Source: Camelus ferus
Lineage: Eukaryota
DNA length: 64,000 nt
Assembly: GCF_009834535.1 (NCBI RefSeq)
Contig: NC_045697.1
Location: 99,016,001 to 99,080,000 of the forward strand
Direction of reading: 5' to 3'
The notes under the pieces were generated by a model that made no database searches, was not told where the DNA came from, and saw only the letters and a list, made by a program, of their open reading frames with translations. Positions 11,201 through 25,182 of this stretch are shown here, piece after piece; position 1 is the first letter of the stretch; each line of letters opens with the position of its first letter. The position numbers and the translations under genes are program-made.

Positions 11201-14200
11201 GGGAGACCACGCCTTGCTTTTGACTTTGTGCTTAAATGCCAGATTAAAAAAAAAAAATCGACTATTGTGAGTTTCTTCTTAAATTCAGTTTTTCCTCTGT
11301 GAAAAACAGAACAATGTCAGGGTTATTTGTCCCATACACTGCCAGGAATTTCATCCCCTTTTGAAAGAGAAGGAAGGGCCCTGGATCAGGAATTAGGAAA
11401 CTTGGGTACTGGTGCTACTCACCTGCAGAGGGGCTCTGGGAGGCCACCCCTGCCAGCCTGAATTCCTCCCCTAGGAGATAAGAGGCTTAGATTATACTGA
11501 CATAAAGACCCTCTGGCTTAGTCTAGAGCCCTCAGAGGTCGTCCAGCTTAGTCTATACGTTTCTAAAGCCTTCTGGCTTAAATTTAACCTCCTTAAAGTC
11601 CTCCAGCACAGAGACCTGGGCTCCAAAGCTACACAGAGCAGGGATTCCTACAGTGGAAGATGAAAGGGCCACTTCAGGTTACATCATTTTCAAACATGAA
11701 CCACAGAAACAGGATTTTATTTCTGATTTTAAAAAAACCTCATCATGTACTGACCTTAGTCACTCACTGGTTTTGAATTATATGATTCTTTCCCCCTTTT
11801 TAAACATACCATCTCCCCTCTTACATGTTACGCTAATGCACAAAAACACACCAGATAATCATCATCATCTCCAGTTTCCAGCTTATCTTCTGGGGCAAAA
11901 AAAAAAAAAAAGGCTAAAAGCTAAAGGAAACAAATTATTTCTTTACTCAAAGAGGGCTGAGGCAGGGCAAGGGTAGGTTGGATGAAATCTCCCCTCAAAA
12001 CACTCAGGTGGAGTCACAGAGACACAGGTTCATGGTAGATGGTTGTGGAGGGGGAGGAGGAAAGGGAGGAATCAAGTCACAAGTGTCCTGTCCTGCCCTA
12101 ACTTTAGGTTCAGAGGAGGATGTCCAACTCTCTCTTTGGTGCTGGGATGTTTTCCAGCCTTAACTGCACACCAAAACGGTCAAGTGCTCATTTTCCACCT
12201 GCTGCCTTAGGAATACCTGGAACCATGCACGCAGCCCCGGTCACTGCAGCAGGCCTCCTCTGGACCTGTAAGGGCTGGGGTGAGAAGTAGCCAGGGTCTT
12301 CTTGCCAGAACTTTGTTCAGATTTGCACATGAGGCAGGCAGCAGCTGGGATACAGTCCCAGGGCCTTTTCCCCATCACTCATGCCTGCTGGCTCTTGGCC
12401 CAAAGTTTAGGCAGAATGTTTTGATGATTCCCTTAAGATCCATTTGCATTTTACAAGTCATTTTGTGTGTGTTTTCAGTCTCCTCTAGACTGATGGACTG
12501 CTGCTTCTTTAGAGCCCCAGAACCCAGCACAAGGGCCTGGTACAGAAGGAGGAAGGTTAAGCCTTGTCAGTGATGATTGTGCAGAGAGAAATATTCTGTT
12601 TTGTATAAACAGTGCTGAGCCTTTCTCAGACTGAATCCTCTTCCTGTGTTTGGCAAAACGCTTTGTTTTAGTTCGCGGCTGAAGAGCGTTTTTGAGTTGT
12701 GCTGCTTTCCCACATCTATTGGCCCCGAATCTGCTTCCATTGCATTCTTTCCCACAGTTTTCTTCATTGAGAGCTCATCTCATAAACCCTCTTTCCACTT
12801 GGCTTCCGGCCATTCTCCTCTGTCGTACTCTGTCCCCACCAGTGTGGTCATGGGCTAGAAAATCAGTCGAGCTCTTAATCACAGTGTGCCGCCGTGGCAG
12901 CAGCAGGGCTCAGCTTCTAACTCAGCAGATCCCAGTGCACCAGCACAAGCCCTCCCAGGGAGGACAGGGATGGCTGGGGACATCCAGCAGCCGGGCCCTA
13001 GGGTGGGACTTGTTTCCATGCTCACTCACACCAAGGAGTGGCTCTTCTAGGCTGCTTTGCTTTGCTTCCTTTGCATCCAAAGATAAATCCCTCTCTTCAC
13101 ACTCAGCTTGGGGAACAGAAGTCCCTCTTACACTGCAGCAAGCAGTCAAAATACTGAGTTATTTTATTCATTTTACCACCCATGTCTTTCCCCAGAGAAG
13201 GCTGGTGCTTACTTACACAAGACTGATATAACTTTTGCAGTAAATATATTTTCATAGGCTGCTTGTATTTTATGCATCTTCCTACATTTAGAAGAAAGAA
13301 TTCTGTCAATTCACCACTGCACATGCTGGCAAATAGCGAAAAGTCTAGTGGATGTGGAACTTGTGTGGAATTTACTCGTCTGACTGTCGCTGAGGCCTCA
13401 TCCTGTCCTGCTGGTAGGGGGCTGGAGGGGTCCAAGCTGGTAGGGGCTGGAGGAGTTGTAGGGTTTCCATGATCCTGGGAGGCAGAGCCTTTCCAGGGGT
13501 CCCAGTGGATCTATGGCTGGTTTGCCGGCTCTGCTTTGATCTTTTGTTTACACTGCTGGCAGGGAGATGGGGCAGAATGAGTGAAGGAACTCTTAAATAA
13601 TCATCAAGTCTCATTTTGGCCCAGCTCAACCCTTGAAAAGATTTTTTCCCACCATTATCTGCCAATCTGATTGAGTTTTCACCCTATTTGTTTTGGTTCC
13701 TCCAGCGACTAGCCATGCAACTTGTCAGTTAAGCTCTCTGGACCTTAGTTTTCCCATCTGTGAACTAGGAGCTTGGGCTACCAAAATTCTAAGCTTAAAC
13801 CTTCTCTGTCCACCTTTCCTGGGAAAAAGCTAACTAGACGATGAAGAGCTCCAGGGACACACACAGAAAAAGAAAGGGGAAGAAGCAGGGGCTACCCCAG
13901 TGAACGGGAGTATTCACGCCCCAAGTCATCTCAGCTTGACGGCACTGAGGGAGGGACTTTATCTTACTCTAGGAAGAGAAGCAGGAGCCTTTCAGGAGAA
14001 CCAAGTTTCTTGGATTCTTGAATCACTGAGATGCTAATCAAGTGGCTAACTGTGTTAGTGACAACTGCAGAAGCCGGAGGGAGGGGCAGGGACAGGAGCA
14101 CCGAGAAGGAGCAGGGTGTGGGGGAGGAGATGTGGATGAAAGGGAAGCATTTACAGCATGTGGAGCACTGCAGAGAGCAACTGGGAACATCAAGGGCACC

Positions 14201-14424
14201 AAATAAAGGTCCGGGAGCAAAGGAAGAGATGGAGAAAATTCATTCTGCTGGAAAAAGACACGACTGCAGTCGTGAAGAGAACTCATGAATTCAGGGTGAC
14301 CTGATTTGATTACAGCAACAGGAAGTGCAGGAGAGAGAGGGCAGAATAACCTGACCTGAGGAAGTGAATTAAATAATAGAGAAGACATCATAGTTGCCAT
14401 GGCATTTAAGTATCTTGCACCACA

Positions 14425-14683
14425 TTAAGCTTGGTTTTTCTCTCTCTTGCTTGATTCTTGTTCTTGCAACATGTTAATGTCATTGCAGTATATCTGGTAA
14501 ACTAAATTTAGACCTTTTTGGGGCATGGAGGAAGTGAAGACGCAGCCCAGGTCTTCCCTGTTTGGGTCTACTCTGGGCAAATATTCTTCCTCCGCAGTGT
14601 GCCTGGTTCTTTTGGTCTTTGCATTGTGGGATATGAAAATTCTTTTCAGGCTTGGGTCTGGTGAAGCTGCTGAGTGACATAAT
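14425..14683 (-). pseudogene. Candidate last exon of the decayed multi-exon gene
   Basis: Long polypyrimidine tract ending CAA (decayed CAG?). Phase-2 frame open for 85 codons (LCHSAASPDPSLKRIFISHNAKTKRTRHTAEEEYLPRVDPNREDLG...) to TAA at 14427-14425. The phase-0 frame is also open (...SKFSLPDILQ*). Confidence 0.45.
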
Positions 14684-15089
14684 TTGGGAAGAAAGAAAAA
14701 AAGAAAAAATTGGAAACAATGTCCAAGAAATGACTACTTTAGAAAGTACTTCAGAAAAATCAATAGTTTGCAGAAATTTGAAAAATACAACGACCATCAA
14801 AACGAAACTGTTTTCTTAAGTATCATTTTATTTTATTGCTTAAAAAAGATTTTTTTAACTGGGCTGTAATTCAGGTTATTAGGTCCTGTAATCAGTCACG
14901 TGCCAATGCTAACATTGTGAGGGGGAGGGTACATTGTATATCTTTTGACATTACTGTATGCAGAGTGAATGGAACGGCATTTCCAGCTGACTTATTTACC
15001 ACAAATGTCACAACATGCATCAAGGCTCAGACCCTGACCTTCCTCAAATAAACTTACATTAACCGGACCCTAGAGACTGATGTACATAC

Positions 15090-15225
15090 CTGATTTATGA
15101 CCAACAGACCAGAATACTCATGGCAAGTACAGTCTCTTTTTGTAGATAAATGTACCTGAGAAGGCAAATTCCATCCAGATGTTTGCTTAGCCTAGAGTTA
15201 AAATAAATGAAGTTAGTTGTGTGGT
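15090..15225 (-). pseudogene. Candidate pseudo-exon
   Basis: ctatttctctttcAG acceptor, CAG|GTATGT donor. (D)HTTNFIYFNSRLSKHLDGICLLRYIYLQKETVLAMSILVCWS*I. Phase 1 to 2. Confidence 0.55.
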
Positions 15226-15423
15226 CTGAAAGAGAAATAGTCCTGACACAATGCCCCGAAAGAATGAAGCAGTCCATCCACCCCACCTATGCCAGCTTCT
15301 GGGAGTTTGAGCTTCTTTTCTGTACGCTCTAGTCTCTTCAAACCCATTTCTGCACATAGCATCCTATACAGCCAATCAGGCAGATTTACACTTTTAAAGT
15401 CCTAATCGCATTCCATTGCAACC

Positions 15424-15811
15424 TTCCTGATATTACAGTCAAGTCACTTTGATGGGAATTTGGGGTATTTCCAAATTCTTCAATTACAAATTCAGTCACT
15501 GTCTTGGTTTACTCCCACTGAATTCTAGTCAAATCCATTGCATGTGAGGATTTTGCTAGTCTAACTTTCTGAGGGTGTCTTGGTTTCCAGGTTCTTGGAG
15601 AAGAACTTCTTTTTTGCTTTCTGGGCTTCTAACAGTGACATAATCTTCCTTAGGCCACCTTGCATTTTGAATAAAAAGATCAGGTTTATAAAGGTACACA
15701 GGTCCTGTAATGTGACCGTGTTGTCCATCTTTTCCTGGACACCCAGCTCAAGGATATTTTCCTCTTCTTTGCAGGAGTAGTGAAGCTGGCCTTTTGCTAT
15801 GATGACTTAGG
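15424..15811 (-). pseudogene. Candidate pseudo-exon (3' boundary uncertain)
   Basis: ttttcatAG acceptor, phase 2. LSHHSKRPASLLLQRRGKYP*AGCPGKDGQHGHITGPVYLYKPDLFIQNARWPKEDYVTVRSPESKKEVLLQEP... Confidence 0.5.
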
Positions 15812-17399
15812 CTATGAAAATTTACCTTAAGGGGGCAGGTACCATTAACTCTAACATAGATGGAAAGCAAACAGGACTCTGATTTTGAATTCAATATCCA
15901 GAAAAGAAAATACTGACATGACCCTGTTAAGTTATAAACAAGGAGAGGTTGACAGTATTTCTGGAACCCCTGGCATTGAAATGACACCCTTGACCCATAG
16001 ACAGCCTCCACCCAGAGGGGCTTGATGCTAAGCCATCCCTTCTTGAGATGGCCTTTGTTGGGGACTTGCCTTGCAGTCTTTTTGAATGCAGAATGTCCTT
16101 TCAGGTCATTTAAGGTCCTATTCCTCTTTGCTGAGTCCAGAGATCAATTCCCAGGAAAAGATGCTGTGGCCAACTTTTGGAATATATTTCAGCTCAATTT
16201 AAAGAGCCCAACTCAAATGCTCCTGTGCTCTCCTCTAGATAGAGGAACACAAAGCAGCAGCCCTGTGGCAGGCTCTGCACTGTCTCCTTGGAGAACCATG
16301 CTAGTTGAGCAGCTCTGTTATGGGGGCAGGTCTTCTATGATCCCTGAGCATCTTTCCCCAAACTGGCACCTGGGCAGCGTCTCAAGCCTTGGCTGAGCAT
16401 GGGTTCCCCATTGAAGTGGGCAGCCTAGGAATTGCTCAGCTGGGAAGGCAGGGCGCCTCCTCCACCTTGGCTGTGCTCCCTCTCTCTGACCTCCCCTGTG
16501 ATTCTCTGCCCATTCAGGTGCAGGCAAAAGATTGTGATTTGAAGCAGACTAGGGTCATTTCTCAGTTATATATGGGATAAGAGAGAGGGCAAGTCAATTT
16601 CCTTTTCCCTCTCACCAATCCTGTGTAAGATTTGGGTATTTTGCAATAACGTTCCTGTTTCCAAATCATCCCTCTGAAAATGCTTATTGAAAAATTTGGG
16701 GTTATACAGTGAATTTATCTAGTTTATAGATTAATTTTTCTCCAAGGGCCTATTTCTCTCATTACCATACTCTTCTAGCATTTGGAGAGTTTCTGTCTTG
16801 AATAGAAAGCAATTTGGTATCTATGACCTCATTAGTATCTTAAAGTAATCCTCTAGACCATGGTTTAAAGACTTGCCCAGGATCCCACAACAAAAACGTG
16901 GCCAAATGGGGCTCAAATCAAGGCTCATTGGGCCTTTGACCATACCACACAACTCATGCAGAGGGATGAGATCCTTTAGAGGGTGGCCATAGGAGGGCAG
17001 GAGATCAGTGAGAAGAGAATGGTGCTTAGAGATGGTCTACTGTCTACCTTGACCTATGTGATTTCATTTAATCCTGAAAATGACCTTATGGAGTATTATC
17101 TCCATTTATAGGTGAGGCAGCCTGAGAGTCTATGTTTAAATGACTTGTCTGAGGTCACATCAGCAGTGATATTGGGATTGGAGCCATAGCTGTTCAAACT
17201 ATGAAGAACCACATGCAGAGGAAAGGAAAATGACAGGAAAGTGGTGGAAAAGCAATTCTAGAAGTTGGCTGAGAAAAGAAAAAGTATTGAGGAAGCCTTC
17301 CATGCAAGATGGAACCATGGAGGATGGAACACAAGAGCATACACAAGGCTGGCCCTGGATGGCAGAGGAGAGCTTTGACTTTATCTCTGAAGGTATGCT

Positions 17400-17719
17400 C
17401 CCCACTGCCAAGTTTTGTTGAGGTATAATTAACACACATCACTGTATAAGTTTAAGGTGTACAGCATTAGCAGTTTGACTTACATAGATGTGAAATGATT
17501 ACCAAAATGTGGTTAGTTAGCACACATCATCTCATACAGATACAACAAAAAGAAAAAGCAAAAAAATTTTTTTTTCTTGTGATGAGAACCCTTAGGATTA
17601 ACTCTCTTAACAATGTTCCTGTATATTACACAGCAGTGTTAACTATAGTCATCCCATTGTACACAGGCACCCCTAGTACTTGTATACCTTATAACTGGAA
17701 GTTTGTACCTTTCGACCAC
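17400..17719 (-). mobile_element. L1 3'-end fragment (L1MA-like)
   Basis: L1 3'UTR-like sequence. TSD ctctg(a/g)aggtatgct at 17385-17399 and 17720-17734. Confidence 0.8.
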
Positions 17720-18949
17720 CTCTGGAGGTATGCTTTTTAGAGGTGTCCCAGGTGACCTTCCCTTATTTGAGGTGACGTGCTGCTTGGGTTCAAGTTGCTC
17801 AGTTTGTTTTTCTGGTGATGGTGGCTGAAGAGGAGGGCAGAAATTATGTCTGCTGCTGCTGCACTAGGCTTCATGGTGCCTGGTACAGTCTGGACACGTA
17901 GGTGTCCAGGAGATGTGTGCGGGCTTGTTGCCAGGGAGTGTTCTCTGCCATTGAGGGACCAATCCAACCAAGCCTACCCAGAGCAGGTTGCTGAGAACGG
18001 CCATCTTGGGAGCAATTTACGTCTGACAGATGACTTTTGAGCTGTGGACATAGAAGAGGACAGAAAAATGCTTTTTGGAGAACTTCATTAAATTAAAAAC
18101 AATCCAGTCTTAATCTGTAATTTTAAATAACCATTTTCGTTATTACTTTTAGAAGAAAAACACTCATTTTAGAGATATTAGAAAGGTAGAATATCAAAAA
18201 GAAGAAAGTAAAACTGACTTGAAACCCTAATAACCAATAGTAACCTCTGTAAACAATATGGTATATATCCTTTCAGACACTTTCTAAAAATAGATAAGCA
18301 CAGACAAAATGGGCTTATAGGATACATAATATTCTGTGTTTTTTTCAGTTAACTCTATTCTTAAGCAGTATTTCATGTTAGTTAACTAACCAATAGTATT
18401 CTCTGTTCTGTGTATTATGATTTAACATTTTTTATACTGTCATTCAAAATGGATCTGTGGGCAGTATTCTTAAAATTAATAATAAAAATATAAAAAAATC
18501 TGTAATCTGGGAATTTTTCATGTATAGAAGTAAGCAGTCCTCTGCTTTCTGAGAGCAGTAGATAATGTATTTGCCTATCAAAACAGCTGGAAAAACATAA
18601 ACTAAAATGTTAACAGTAGGTATCTTGAGGTGATGTGATCTCAAGTATTTAATATTTTCTTTTTGCTCATTTAAAAAAGTTTTCTTACGGCTATTCTTAA
18701 CTTACATACTTATAAAATGCAGTTATTTAAAAAGAAACCCTACCAACTGGGGGCAAGTTTCTTTACTTTTCTAAGCTTTATTTTCTTTATGTGTCATATG
18801 GAAAATCTAGTAATTTCCACTCCATAGAGTGGTCATGAGGATTCATCAAAGTAATGCAGGTAAAACACTTTAAAGAATCCCAGGCACATGGTGAGTGCAC
18901 AGCACCTATTGGCTGCCACCATCCCAACGACTTCTGCTCTTGCTTTCTC

Positions 18950-19520
18950 ATGGAGTAAGAGAGTGGCCTTTCAAGTCAGTTCACATAAGCCATTGCCCTG
19001 CTTAGAGCCTCCCAGTGTTGTCTGTGTACTTAAGATCAGATTGAAACAGCTCACCCTGGTTGCAAGGCCATGCAGGATCTGGTCCCTCACCAGCTCTGCA
19101 AGCAACTGTCACATTCGTTGCTACGCTCCAGCCACACTGACCCTTTTGTTCCTGGAATAAAATCAAGGTCTGTCCTACCACAGGGCCTTTGCATTCCCTG
19201 TTTCCTTTACCAGGAATTCTCTCCCCTAAATCTTCACATAGCTGGGTTTTGGTCTTAGTATAAAAGTCCTTCCTCAGGGAGGCCTTCCCAGCCATCCAAC
19301 CAAAAGGAGCTGCCTGGGCACACCTCTCCTGTTTAATACTTCCTCTGTTCTGTTTTCATCATAGCATTTGCCGCTACATGTTCTTGTTTATTTGTATTAT
19401 TCTGTTACCTAGCGTCAGTCTCCCATAGACCTTGTTTGTTTTGTCAGAGTTTCCCCTGGAACACCAAGAATGGTGTCCAGCACATCATAAATGCTCAATA
19501 TATAGTTGTCAGATGATTTA
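18950..19520. mobile_element. L2 LINE remnant
   Basis: L2 3' motifs cagggcctttgcattccctgtttcc, tcctcagggaggccttccc, cagcacatcataaatgctcaata. Confidence 0.65.
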
Positions 19521-20000
19521 ATTAATCAGGTCAATTATCTCTGTCAAGTGAAGGAACAGTTTAATCACCTCCCACCACGTTCTCCTCAGAGGGCTGGTGT
19601 TTTCCTAAAGAGGAAGAAGGTAGTCACATCACTTTATTTCCAACCCCTTCTCCCAGTTAGAAAAGCCACTTATTTCTTAGGAATTTCGACATGTGGCCAG
19701 AGTCATAGCTTTCCAATCTAGACTGAGACATTAAAAAAGGGGGGGGGGGCTGTCCAGATTTGCAAAGATTTAACTCTGATACAGGAGGCTGGACAAGCAG
19801 TCCCCTACTCTACAAAGAGGTCGTGTCCCCAAGTTTTCTCTGTGTATGTTGTTTGTTTCCAACACAGAATGCATTTTTCACTGGGAACAATGTTCCCAGA
19901 CTAGCCCACAAAAGCCTATTTAACCTACCATTCTCAGTAGGAAAAAAAAATGTGTTGAAAATCTAGGAAACAAAACAGGGAAAAGGTACAAGAGATACAA

Positions 20001-20821
20001 TTTTTTTTCTTCTTTTTATTGAAGTATTGTGTTAGTTTCAGGTATACAGCAAAGTGATTCAATATATATATATATATTCTTTTTCAGATTCTTTTCCATT
20101 ATACGTTATTACAAGATATTGAATGTAGTTCTACAGTTAAACTTTGTTTATTTATTTCATATATAACAAACAGTGTGTATCCGTTAGTCCCAGACTCCTA
20201 ATTTATACGCCTCCCCTTTCCCCTCCCCTTTGGTAACTGCAAGCTTATTTTCTATGTCTGTGAGTCTGTTTCTGTTTTGTAAATAAATTCATTTGTATTA
20301 TTTTTTAAGATTCCACATATAAGTGATATTATACATTTGTCTTTCTCTGATTTACTTCACTTAGTATGATAATCTCTAGGTCCATCCCTGTGGCTGCAAA
20401 TGGCATTTTTTCATTCTATTCTATGGCTGAGTAATATTCCATAGATTGGAGATTATACATACACACACGCACGCACACACACACACACACACACACACCC
20501 CACATCTTCTTCATCCATTCATCTGCTAATAGACCTTTAGGTTGCTTTCATGTCTTGACTATCATAAATAGAGCTGCTATGAACACTGGGGAGCATGTAT
20601 GTTTTCCAATTAGAGTTTTTGTCTTTTCCAGATATGTGCCCAGGAGTATAATTTCTGGTTCATATGGTAAGTCTATTGTTAGTTTTTTAAGGAATCTCCA
20701 TACTGTTTTCCATAGTGGTTGCACCAATTTGCATCTCCACCAACAGTGAAGGAGCTTTTCCTTTTCTCCACACCCTCTCCAGCATTTATTTGTAAGCTTT
20801 TTGATGATGGCCATTCTGACT
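20001..20821 (-). mobile_element. 5'-truncated L1 (ORF2 end + 3'UTR) with internal (CA)n
   Basis: Poly-T start. Minus strand encodes [34 protein letters not shown] (L1 ORF2 C-terminus). TSD-like gataca(a/g)ttt. Confidence 0.9.
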
Positions 20822-21034
20822 GATACAGTTTGATTTGCAAAGAAATACAATGTAAACATTTATCTTGAATACTAGTGCTTGAGGAATAGCAGTTTCAGAC
20901 GAAGGAGGAGGAGGAGGCAGTAGGGTCAGGGCTGTGGAGGATTCGGAGAGCAGGGGGGAAGCCCAGCTGTCATGGCCTGGCCCACTGTGTCTGATAGGTC
21001 AAGGCCTTCGACAAAAGCCAGGTCTCCTAGGCAC

Positions 21035-21230
21035 CAGCAGGTCTGAGTCTGTCTGAGGAAGCATTCTTGCAGGTCTGCATGCAACAGCGCGGGTGGGGCT
21101 GTCACCAACTCTTCTACCTGCTGAACTCTAGAGGCTAGAATCAACATGTGAGAATTCTTTCATAAAACCAAGATCCAGGTGTAATACTGGTGGCTTATGA
21201 GCTTTCTTAGGAAATTTCCATTTGAGTTAT
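21035..21230 (-). pseudogene. Candidate pseudo-exon
   Basis: tttatacttAG acceptor, phase 1 to 2, 196 nt, one TGA, weak donor GTGCCT. (D)NSNGNFLRKLISHQYYTWILVL*KNSHMLILASRVQQVEELVTAPPALLHADLQECFLRQTQTC. Confidence 0.55.
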
Positions 21231-21494
21231 CTAAGTATAAACATGACAATACAGCTTAAAAAAATAATAGGTTCAGTTTTGAAATAGGTTCGTCATTGAA
21301 AATCTTCATTTTATCATTGAAATTACCACAAGGCAATTTCAGGCATGTCCTCTCTGTATCTGATCTTCGTACTGCCTCCTTGAGGCCAAAGCTTTCACTG
21401 CCTTAAAGTTAGACCTCTGAAAGCAGGGGGAGCGCTGATGGGCGTTCTTCTAAAATTTCTTGTGTTACTTTATATAAGAAAGGGTTCCATTTGG

Positions 21495-21640
21495 TGAGGG
21501 GTGGGTATAGGTCAGTGGTAGAGTGCATGCTTAGCATGCACAAGGTCCTGGGTTCAATCCCCAGTACCTCTATTTAAAATAAATAAATAAATCTAATTAT
21601 CTCTCTGCCCCCACCTCCCCCCAAAAAAGTTTAAAGAAAA
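21495..21640 (+). mobile_element. Vic-1-like camelid tRNA-derived SINE
   Basis: gggtataggtcagtggtagagtgcatgcttagcatgcacaaggtcctgggttcaatcccc (A/B boxes), (AAAT)n tail. TSD aagaa.g.gttccatttgg at 21476-21494 and 21641-21659. Confidence 0.88.
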
Positions 21641-22361
21641 AAGAAGGTGTTCCATTTGGGGAAGGCCCATTAACCTGAAACAACTCCAGTCAACACTGAT
21701 TCTGGAAGTTTGTTAGGGAGCATCTCCAAGACCAAACCTTCTCGCTCTGAAGTGGCTCCAGTTCATCAGCTGTGAAGTGAAAATAGTCACACTTCTTACA
21801 TCACTGTTTTTATCACCTCTGTTATGAATATATAGACTCAATTATTGATGAATTTATACTAATAGAAGCAGGGGCTTATCCCTGCTTACTTGATTTAAAT
21901 CTCAGATGGCAATTTTAAAACCACTTTGCATTTTACTTAATGTATTTTGATATTTACCGAAGTGTAGGTATCCGGCATACAATTTTACTTTAAACAACAT
22001 AATGAGACTAGGCCATTAATATTGGCATCAATAGTTGAGGAATTGCTTCGGTTTCCTTTTCTAGGTTTAGTTCTGCCATGGAGGCTATAGTATGGGACGT
22101 GGGAGGCTGTGGGGTCAGATAGCCCCAGATCCAGTCCAAGTTCCACTCGTTTTCAGCTGTCTGATCTTTGCAAATTTCTTAATCGTACTTGGTCACACCT
22201 GTCTCTTTTCTAAAATGGGGATGACAATAAAATAAATGTGGGGATGATAAACCCACTTCATTGGTTATTGAGAGGATTAAAAATGATCATGCATTTAAAA
22301 TCCAGCAGCAGATCGTGGCCGTTATTATTGTTGTGATTATTTTAAAATCTAGCTTGGTAAT

Positions 22362-22820
22362 TGCATTAGTTTCCTAGAGTCGCCGTAACAAAGTACCATA
22401 AAATGAGCGGCTTAAAGTAACATGAATATATTGTCTCGCTGGTCTAGAAACTAGAAGTCCCAAATCAGGTGTCAACAGGGCCCACGCTCCCTCTGAAACG
22501 TGTAGGGGAATCCCTCTTTGTCCCTTCCTAGCTTCCAGTGTTTGCCAGCAATCCTTCGCTTGTAGGTATACCCCTCCAGCCACATGGCATTTTCTCCACC
22601 TGTGTCTTCCCATGGTCTTTCCTGTGTGCATGTCTGTCTCCATGTGTAAATTTCCCCTCTTATAAGGACCCAGTCAATACTAGATTAGGGCCCCCACTCA
22701 TGACCTTATTTTAACCTGACTTCTGCAAACATCCTGTTTCTAGCGTCACATTCTTATGTCCTGGAATTTGCACTTCAACATATCTTTTTTTGGCAGGGGA
22801 GATACAGTTCGACCTATGAC
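22362..22820 (-). mobile_element. MLT1-type (ERVL-MaLR) LTR
   Basis: tgcattagtttcct...gtaacaaagtaccataaa...ggcttaaa MLT1 terminus; ttataaggacccagtc...gattagggccc. Confidence 0.8.
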
Positions 22821-22897
22821 AGTAATAGAAGTTCTTTCAAAAATTCTCCAAAGTAAGAACTAGCGTCTCACATTTTGCAATCTAAAATCTCTTCCCT

Positions 22898-23034
22898 GGT
22901 GGGGAGGGTTGTAGCTCTGTGGTAGAGCACGTGCTTAGCATGCACCAGGTCCTGGGTTCAATCCTCCGTACCGCCATTAAAAATAAATAAATAAATGAAT
23001 AAACCCAATTACCTCTCCCCCCTCAAAATGAAAA
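22898..23034 (+). mobile_element. Vic-1-like camelid SINE
   Basis: ggggagggttgtagctctgtggtagagcacgtgcttagcatgcaccaggtcctgggttcaatcc. Perfect 15-bp TSD taaaatctcttccct at 22883-22897 and 23035-23049. Confidence 0.9.
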
Positions 23035-25182
23035 TAAAATCTCTTCCCTACAAGATGTTATTATCACTGAGATTTTGCTCATCAAGGATGTTTGGATATA
23101 AAAACATAAACTCAAGTTTGTTCTGTTTGTCAATAATTTTGAAAGCAAGGAATGCACTCTGTTTAAAGTGGGAGGCATTCTTTCCAGCAAGATTCTGTCA
23201 AGTATGCTTTACGGGACCCTATTCACTGCCTTTCATCCAGACAAGCAAGAGCCAAACCCCATTTTCTCTTGGGTGGCGGCCAACCTCCTCCCTGGGTCTT
23301 GATTTCAAATGGTCATCCAAACCCATCCTTGTGGTCTCTAGTCTGTAGTAAAGACCAGTGTCTGTGTTTTATGTAGTATTTGGGATGTACTTGGCAATGC
23401 TAGGAATGTGGGGATGCTGTCAAGTTACCCTTGATGGACTAAGGGAAAATATCATAGGTTCTTAGAGTTGGAAAGTCTCTTAGATATCATCTCGTTCAGT
23501 GATTCCCAAATCTGGATGTGGGTGGGATCACTCAGGGAACTTTTAAACATAGTGATTCCTAGGCTTTATCTGAGAGACTCAAGCAGAGTGGCAAGGTAGA
23601 TCTGGACTTTTAAAAAGCTCTCCCCATAATTTGGTTACGGTCATTGTAGCACCAGCATCGGAAGTCCCTGGTAGGTGAGGAGCTGAGGCTCAGAGAGGCT
23701 GACTCACTGCTCTTGCTTGGTCAGTGTTAAGTAGCTGACTGACTCCCCGTTAAGGGCTGGTTCCACTGCTCCAGCTTTCTTCTCCGGCGGTGCCAGGGCT
23801 TTAATCCTGGTGATGTTTGCAAGGGGAGCGCAAAACTCTCTCACTGAGGCTTGTTCCAGAGAGCCTTTCAAGGGCACAGCAGGTGCCGGAGGTGTTTGTG
23901 ATTTCTTCAGCGTGTGAAATAGCTTTGCAACGGGTTGTGCAGGTGGGTATGTCTCCTTCTAAGGGTTCTGTCTTTTATGTTCTTTGTTCTGACATAAGTT
24001 TTTACATCGCTGAACCATGCTTCCACTTTTAAAACATAAACTTTTTTTTTTAAAGGAGAACTGAAAGGATAGTTATAAAGAGCCATAAACACCTTTCCAT
24101 CAGAAACCACCCATGAAAGGTAGAGAGGTTGTAGGGAGTGGGGCCAGAGCAGAGAGAAAGGCTGCAGGAAGTCAGTTTCCCACAGAGACGAGAGTTTGGG
24201 GTGCAAGAGGAGGAGGGCAAGGACCATGATCCCGCTCTGCACGTTAAGACACTGTCTGGCTATCAGTGCAGCTTGGAATGAGTCAGCCGTCTCAGTTAAG
24301 CTGAATGTGGAAGAAAGTAGAAGTTAGGAGCCCTCATGTTGAAGTCCATCAGACCTGGGTTCAGATTCAAGCTCTCTCACCAGTGAGCCACTTACTAATG
24401 TCTCTGAGCCTCGGTTTTCACACCTGTAACATGGGGGTAGTAACCTCATAGGGTGGGGGTGAGGCTTGGAGTGCACAGTGGTGGTGCTATTATCATGGAA
24501 GAATTGTTTCAGGGACTTGTGGGGGCCTTCTGTCATCTGTTTGAAGCCTTCTGCTGATATCTTCCCAAGGTAGACAGTGGGCCTGTGCCCCACTTCAGCA
24601 GAGCGTGTGGTATCGCATGAATGTGGCCCCACTTTGCTATCAGAGGAGGGAGGTGCTGTCTCGGCCGCCTGTCCCCCTTTCTGGTCTACCACTGGTGGCT
24701 CTGAACTAGCAACCTTTTACTTTGCAAACATGAGTTAGTGCAGGAGAAGAAAGGTATGTTTGGGAGGGGAGGTCAAGGGGGAGGCCTAGAGTAGAAAGGT
24801 GGAGTTGGCTCTGGAGAGGACCTGGTGCCAGACCAGAGAGGGTAAGACTCAGATACTGGGGTGTCGGGCAGGCATGAGGTTGAGGAGGCAACGTCTACAA
24901 AGAAAGTAGGAGCAGAGGAAGGGGAGCCGGCAAAGACCGGACAGTCTTCTGCATCTTAGAATTCCACCCAGGCTCACCTGGCTGGGTGGACTTCGTTTTA
25001 AGCTTTGAATCCCTTCCCTAATTGTGATCCGTTCACTGGGACAGGATGCTCTGTCCCAGCCTTTTTATCTCTAAGATGGACAAAACCAAAGGCCTCCCTT
25101 ATAAACTGATTCAACAAGTAATAGACTGAGAACAGCTGTGAAAGTCTTGACTGTTTCCCTCAAGGGATACGCTGAGACCCTT

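Noticed and set aside
17737..18040. Minus-strand block with a good acceptor (tcctcttctatgtccacAG) and a mostly open phase-1 frame
   Set aside because: Phase does not fit the neighbouring blocks and there is no clear donor. Left unassigned, but worth including in a homology search.
21495..21570. tRNA-like sequence with A and B boxes
   Set aside because: Head of a SINE (has tail and TSD), not a tRNA gene. Same for the copies at 22.9 and 38.7 kb.
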